Shown: positions 60,559 through 64,000 of the stretch, in pieces
Position numbering within the stretch: the first letter of the stretch is position 1
Layout of the letters: each line of letters begins with the position of its first letter
NCBI GenBank assembly: GCA_963777315.1
Contig: CAVZQC010000006.1
Span: forward strand, 82,555-146,554
Origin: Vulcanimicrobiota bacterium
GTDB taxonomy: Bacteria; Vulcanimicrobiota; Vulcanimicrobiia; Vulcanimicrobiales; Vulcanimicrobiaceae
Direction of reading: 5' to 3'
Length of the DNA stretch: 64,000 nucleotides
Notes under the pieces: model-generated
Told to the model about the DNA's origin: nothing
What the model saw: only the letters and a program-made list of their open reading frames with translations
Database searches by the model: none
Position numbers and translations under genes: made by a program

Positions 60559-62129
60559 AGTATTCACCGCTCGTATTGACGGTGCTCGACGGCTGGGGCT
60601 GCAGCAACCGCACGCACGGCAACGCCATTGCGGCAGCACGGCTGCCGTTTTGGCATTCGCTGTTCGAACGCTACCCATGGACGATGCTGCACGCCAGCGG
60701 CGAAGAGGTCGGCCTGCCCAAAGGCATTATGGGAAACAGCGAAGTCGGCCACATGAATCTGGGCAGCGGGCGGGTCGTTGCGCAAGGCGTGGTGATCATC
60801 GATGCCGCCATCGCCTCGGGCGAGTTTGCGAAGAACCCCACGCTGAACGCGTGCCTGGATCACGTCAAGCGCACCGGCGGCACGCTGCATCTGATGGGCC
60901 TGGTTTCCGACGGCAGCGTCCACAGCTCGCTGGATCATCTGCTGGAGCTGCTGGCGTGCGCGCATGCTGCAGGCGTGAAGGTTGCCGTTCATGCGTTCCT
61001 GGACGGCCGCGATACGCCGCCGCGCTCGGCGCAGAATTTTCTGGACGGCGTCGAGCGAACGTTGCAACGGCTGGGTCACCCGGGCGCGATCGCAACCGTA
61101 ATTGGCCGCTACTACGCGATGGACCGCGACAAGCGTTGGGAACGAACGCAGCTCGCGTACGATGCAATCGCGCGCGGCAAGGCACCGTACGCTGCACCAT
61201 CGGCGGCGCAAGCGCTGCAGGCGGCGTACGCACGCGGCGAAGACGACGAGTTCGTCAAACCGACGATCGTCGCAGAACCGCGGCCGGTGCGCAGCGGAGA
61301 CGCCTGCATCTTCTTCAATTTCCGGCCCGATCGAGCGCGTCAGATGACGATCGCGTTCGAGGGCGGCGCCGGCGGCGAGATTCCGTTTCCGGTCGAGCGT
61401 TACGATGATTTCGTGTTCGCGACGATGACCAAATACGACGAAACGTTTTCCAATCCGGTGCTCTTCGGGCCGCGTCCCCAGCCGGAAACGTTCGGCGAAA
61501 TCGTTTCGCGGCATGGGCTGCGTCAACTGCGCCTGGCGGAGACCGAAAAGTACGCGCACGTCACGTATTTTTTCAACGGCGGACGCGAGGACGTTTTTCG
61601 CGGTGAAGATCGTCAGCTCATACCGTCGGATCGCTCCGTTCCGACCTACGACTTGGCGCCCCAAATGCGCGCCGGAGAGATTACCGCTTATGCGGTGGAG
61701 CAGATCGAGGCGCGAGCGTACGACGTCGTGATCATGAACTACGCCAATGCGGACATGGTCGGACATACCGGCAAATGGGAGCCGACGATCGAGAGCGTGC
61801 AGATTCTCGATCGGTGCTTGCGCTCGCTGGCGCATGCCGTGCTGGGCGCCGGCGGCCTGCTGGCGATCGTCGCGGATCACGGCAATGCCGAAGACAAAAT
61901 CGATAAAGACGGCAACCCGCTGACGGCGCACACGACCAATCCCGTTCCGTTTCTGTTGATCGCAAACGGCATCGAAGGCACCCTTGCGCCGGGCGGCAAG
62001 CTCGGCGACGTCGCTCCCACGTTGCTGCACCTCATGGGCTTGCCGGTGCCTAAGGAAATGACGGGCACTGATTTGTTCGTGCCGTCGGCAGCCCCGCTTT
62101 CCGGCGGCGTCCCGAGTAACGGCGCATGA
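60555..62129 (+). CDS. gpmI: 2,3-BPG-independent phosphoglycerate mutase
   Basis: LDGWG, GNSEVGH, DGRD, ETEKYAHVT and ADHGNAE. Confidence 0.98.
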   Translation: MKYSPLVLTVLDGWGCSNRTHGNAIAAARLPFWHSLFERYPWTMLHASGEEVGLPKGIMGNSEVGHMNLGSGRVVAQGVVIIDAAIASGEFAKNPTLNACLDHVKRTGGTLHLMGLVSDGSVHSSLDHLLELLACAHAAGVKVAVHAFLDGRDTPPRSAQNFLDGVERTLQRLGHPGAIATVIGRYYAMDRDKRWERTQLAYDAIARGKAPYAAPSAAQALQAAYARGEDDEFVKPTIVAEPRPVRSGDACIFFNFRPDRARQMTIAFEGGAGGEIPFPVERYDDFVFATMTKYDETFSNPVLFGPRPQPETFGEIVSRHGLRQLRLAETEKYAHVTYFFNGGREDVFRGEDRQLIPSDRSVPTYDLAPQMRAGEITAYAVEQIEARAYDVVIMNYANADMVGHTGKWEPTIESVQILDRCLRSLAHAVLGAGGLLAIVADHGNAEDKIDKDGNPLTAHTTNPVPFLLIANGIEGTLAPGGKLGDVAPTLLHLMGLPVPKEMTGTDLFVPSAAPLSGGVPSNGA

Positions 62130-62866
62130 ACGCGATCGGAACGATCGACGTAACCGTCGTCCTGGGAAGCGGCCTTTCGGATCTGCTTGAAGCGCACGGC
62201 GCGTTCGAGCGCGTGGAGTACTCCGCAATCGGCATACCTGTGGCGCAACTTGCCGGCCACGCGGGCCACGCGCTCGCCGGCAGACGGCACGGTAAACGCG
62301 TGCTGGCGTTTGCAGGGCGCGTGCACGCTTACCAGGGCTTCAATGCGTCGGAAGTTACGCGCACGATTGCCTTCGCGGCGGATCGCGGCGCAAAGGTCGC
62401 GCTGCTGACGAATGCTGCGGGTGCGGTCAATCCGCAGCTGCACGCCGGCGATCTGATGGCGATAGCGGATCACATCAATCTGAGCGGCATGAATCCGCTC
62501 GCCGGGAGCGGTCTGGCGGATCCGTTCGTCGCAATGACGGACGCTTATAGCCCGCGCCTGCGCGAACTCGCACACCGCATCGACGGGAACCTGCGGGAAG
62601 GCGTCTATGCCGGATTGCTCGGACCCACGTACGAAACGCCGGCTGAAGCGCGTTATCTGCGAACGATCGGCGCCGATGCGGTGGGTATGTCGACCGTGCT
62701 GGAAACCATTGCGGCGCGTTCGCGCGGCATGGAAGTGTTCGGCGTGAGTTTGATCGCCAATGCAGTGGCGGCGCCGGGCGTTTCGCATGCCGAAGTAACG
62801 CGCGCAGCGCAATCCGCTGCGCCCAGACTGGCGCATCTGCTCGACGCTCTGCTCGAGCTGATTTAG
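62126..62866 (+). CDS. punA: Purine-nucleoside phosphorylase (trimeric type)
   Basis: LGSGL, GRVHAYQG, TNAAG, GPTYETPAE and VGMSTV. Confidence 0.92.
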   Translation: MNAIGTIDVTVVLGSGLSDLLEAHGAFERVEYSAIGIPVAQLAGHAGHALAGRRHGKRVLAFAGRVHAYQGFNASEVTRTIAFAADRGAKVALLTNAAGAVNPQLHAGDLMAIADHINLSGMNPLAGSGLADPFVAMTDAYSPRLRELAHRIDGNLREGVYAGLLGPTYETPAEARYLRTIGADAVGMSTVLETIAARSRGMEVFGVSLIANAVAAPGVSHAEVTRAAQSAAPRLAHLLDALLELI

Positions 62867-63159
62867 TCCAGGCGATAACTGCCGCTGACGTCTACGGTGA
62901 ACTCGCGGCCGCCCACTACGATGCCGCGCACGTGATGATCCCAAAACGTCAAAACGCGTAGCGCGATGGGACGCAGCCGCGCAATCAGCTGCCGCGTTCG
63001 GTTGGAAACGGCCACGGCGTCCTTGACCCACTTTGGATGCTCGCGCGGAAGCGGTGGCGTTTCGAGTTCGTCGTAGGGCGCCGGCGGCACGATCGCTGCG
63101 CCGGGCAGCGCCGGGGGCGCAAGCGGCATCGCGCTGCGCTCGGGATCAATGCGCGGCAT
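62863..63159 (-). CDS. Hypothetical protein downstream of fliA
   Basis: Fills the gap and overlaps the fliA stop; no recognised motif. Confidence 0.5.
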   Translation of the reverse strand: MPRIDPERSAMPLAPPALPGAAIVPPAPYDELETPPLPREHPKWVKDAVAVSNRTRQLIARLRPIALRVLTFWDHHVRGIVVGGREFTVDVSGSYRLD

Positions 63160-63823
63160 GCAGCACCTTGCGCAGCTTTCGCAGCCCCGCCAAATGCAGC
63201 TGCGATGCTCGCTGCGGTGAAATGGACAGCGCTTTACCGATCTGGTGCAGCGATATTCCGCGCAGATAGTGCATGTCGAGCACGTCGCGCTGGCGCGGCG
63301 GCAGAGCGCCCAGGGCGGCGCGAACGTTGTGGCGCTCGGCGCGATCGGCGGCTATGGCTGCAGGATCGGCCGTGAAATCGAGCGCGAACTTTTCGTTGAG
63401 CGGAAGCGGACCGTCGAGCGAAAGCGGGGCGTACCGGTACGCGTGCAGGTTGGCGCGCCGCAGCGCCGGCCGGCGCCGTTCCATCTCCGGCATGGAAGGC
63501 AAGTGCCCTTCGCGCGACGCCAGCGCAAAGCGTTCGCGTTCGGCTTGCCGGATTTCACGCCGCACGCGCTCGGAAACGGGGTCCAAGCGTCGCAGGCCGT
63601 TGAGCATGGCTCCGGCCACGATCTGCGACGCATACCGCTCCAGCGTAGGCCCGCGCGCGGCGTCGAACGTATCGACGGCGCGAATCAAGCCGATGCAGCC
63701 TTCGCCGACCAAATCGTCGATATCGCTTCCGGGCACCATGCGCGCAACGCGTCGCGCGATTCGCTTGACCAGCGGAAACAACTCGCGGATGCGAAGTTCG
63801 CGCTCACCGCAGTTTTCATTCAT
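63146..63823 (-). CDS. fliA: FliA/WhiG-family sigma factor
   Basis: PLVKRIA, DDLVGEGCIGLIRAV and PQRASQLH; flagellar context. Confidence 0.85.
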   Translation of the reverse strand: MNENCGERELRIRELFPLVKRIARRVARMVPGSDIDDLVGEGCIGLIRAVDTFDAARGPTLERYASQIVAGAMLNGLRRLDPVSERVRREIRQAERERFALASREGHLPSMPEMERRRPALRRANLHAYRYAPLSLDGPLPLNEKFALDFTADPAAIAADRAERHNVRAALGALPPRQRDVLDMHYLRGISLHQIGKALSISPQRASQLHLAGLRKLRKVLHAAH

Positions 63824-63977
63824 GCAAACCATCCAGCACGCGCGCCAGCACCTGTGCGAAAGCGGGCGCCGCGATCGCGGCATAGTCGCCGAATGCGCCG
63901 GACAGCGGTTCGAACATCGGCTCGAACACGATCGATTCCAATTGCACGCGCAGTTGCGCGGCAGCGGCGCTATGCAC
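63816..63977 (-). CDS. Short FlgJ-like rod-binding protein (53 aa)
   Basis: Manual translation MHSAAAAQLRVQLESIVFEPMFEPL...; lies between a rod gene and fliA. Confidence 0.5.
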   Translation of the reverse strand: MHSAAAAQLRVQLESIVFEPMFEPLSGAFGDYAAIAAPAFAQVLARVLDGLHE

Positions 63978-64000
63978 GGCTCAAGTTGTTTGCGATGCGC
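63970..64000 (-). CDS. C-terminal end of a probable flagellar rod protein (FlgG-like)
   Basis: Only RIANNLSRA* is visible. Confidence 0.35.
   Translation of the reverse strand, partial: RIANNLSRA

Overview
This is a gene-dense, high-GC bacterial chromosome segment. Gene content (WhiA, YabN-type MazG, PrsA, an LptD-like protein, flagellar FliA) suggests a diderm member of the Terrabacteria, possibly Eremiobacterota; that placement is inference. From left to right: an acyl-CoA dehydrogenase/hbd/thiolase operon; a Phd-VapC toxin-antitoxin (TA) pair; a kamD-kamE-PilZ-gmd-rmd-ICMT-CDF gene run; a beta-propeller protein; rfbD; an ECF sigma/anti-sigma/membrane protein triad; a second Phd-VapC pair; an aminotransferase; tandem stress-protein-like paralogs; and a broken Uma2 nuclease. 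A surface-glycan region of about 28 kb follows (GT2, GT4, three GT-C-like membrane enzymes, a TylF and two other methyltransferases, Wzx, MurJ, priming transferase, WaaL-like, LptD-like). The right part holds hsp20 with a CIRCE element, mfd-prsA-mazG-kal, a MATE transporter, S4-whiA-gap-(S9 peptidase)-pgk-tpiA-gpmI-punA, and the end of a flagellar operon. Most notable: (1) murJ and a vapC toxin lack a usable ATG/GTG/TTG and appear to start at ATT in an ATTAA 5-nt overlap with the upstream stop. (2) Four +1 frameshifts resolve to the same CAGCT motif, most likely a methylation-linked long-read error. (3) B12-dependent lysine-degradation genes are dispersed, with kamDE apparently co-transcribed with c-di-GMP and GDP-rhamnose genes. 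(4) There is an actinobacteria-like GT-C plus O-methylation glycan toolkit. No rRNA, tRNA, CRISPR array or transposase was seen. All protein calls come from motif recognition by eye, not from database searches.
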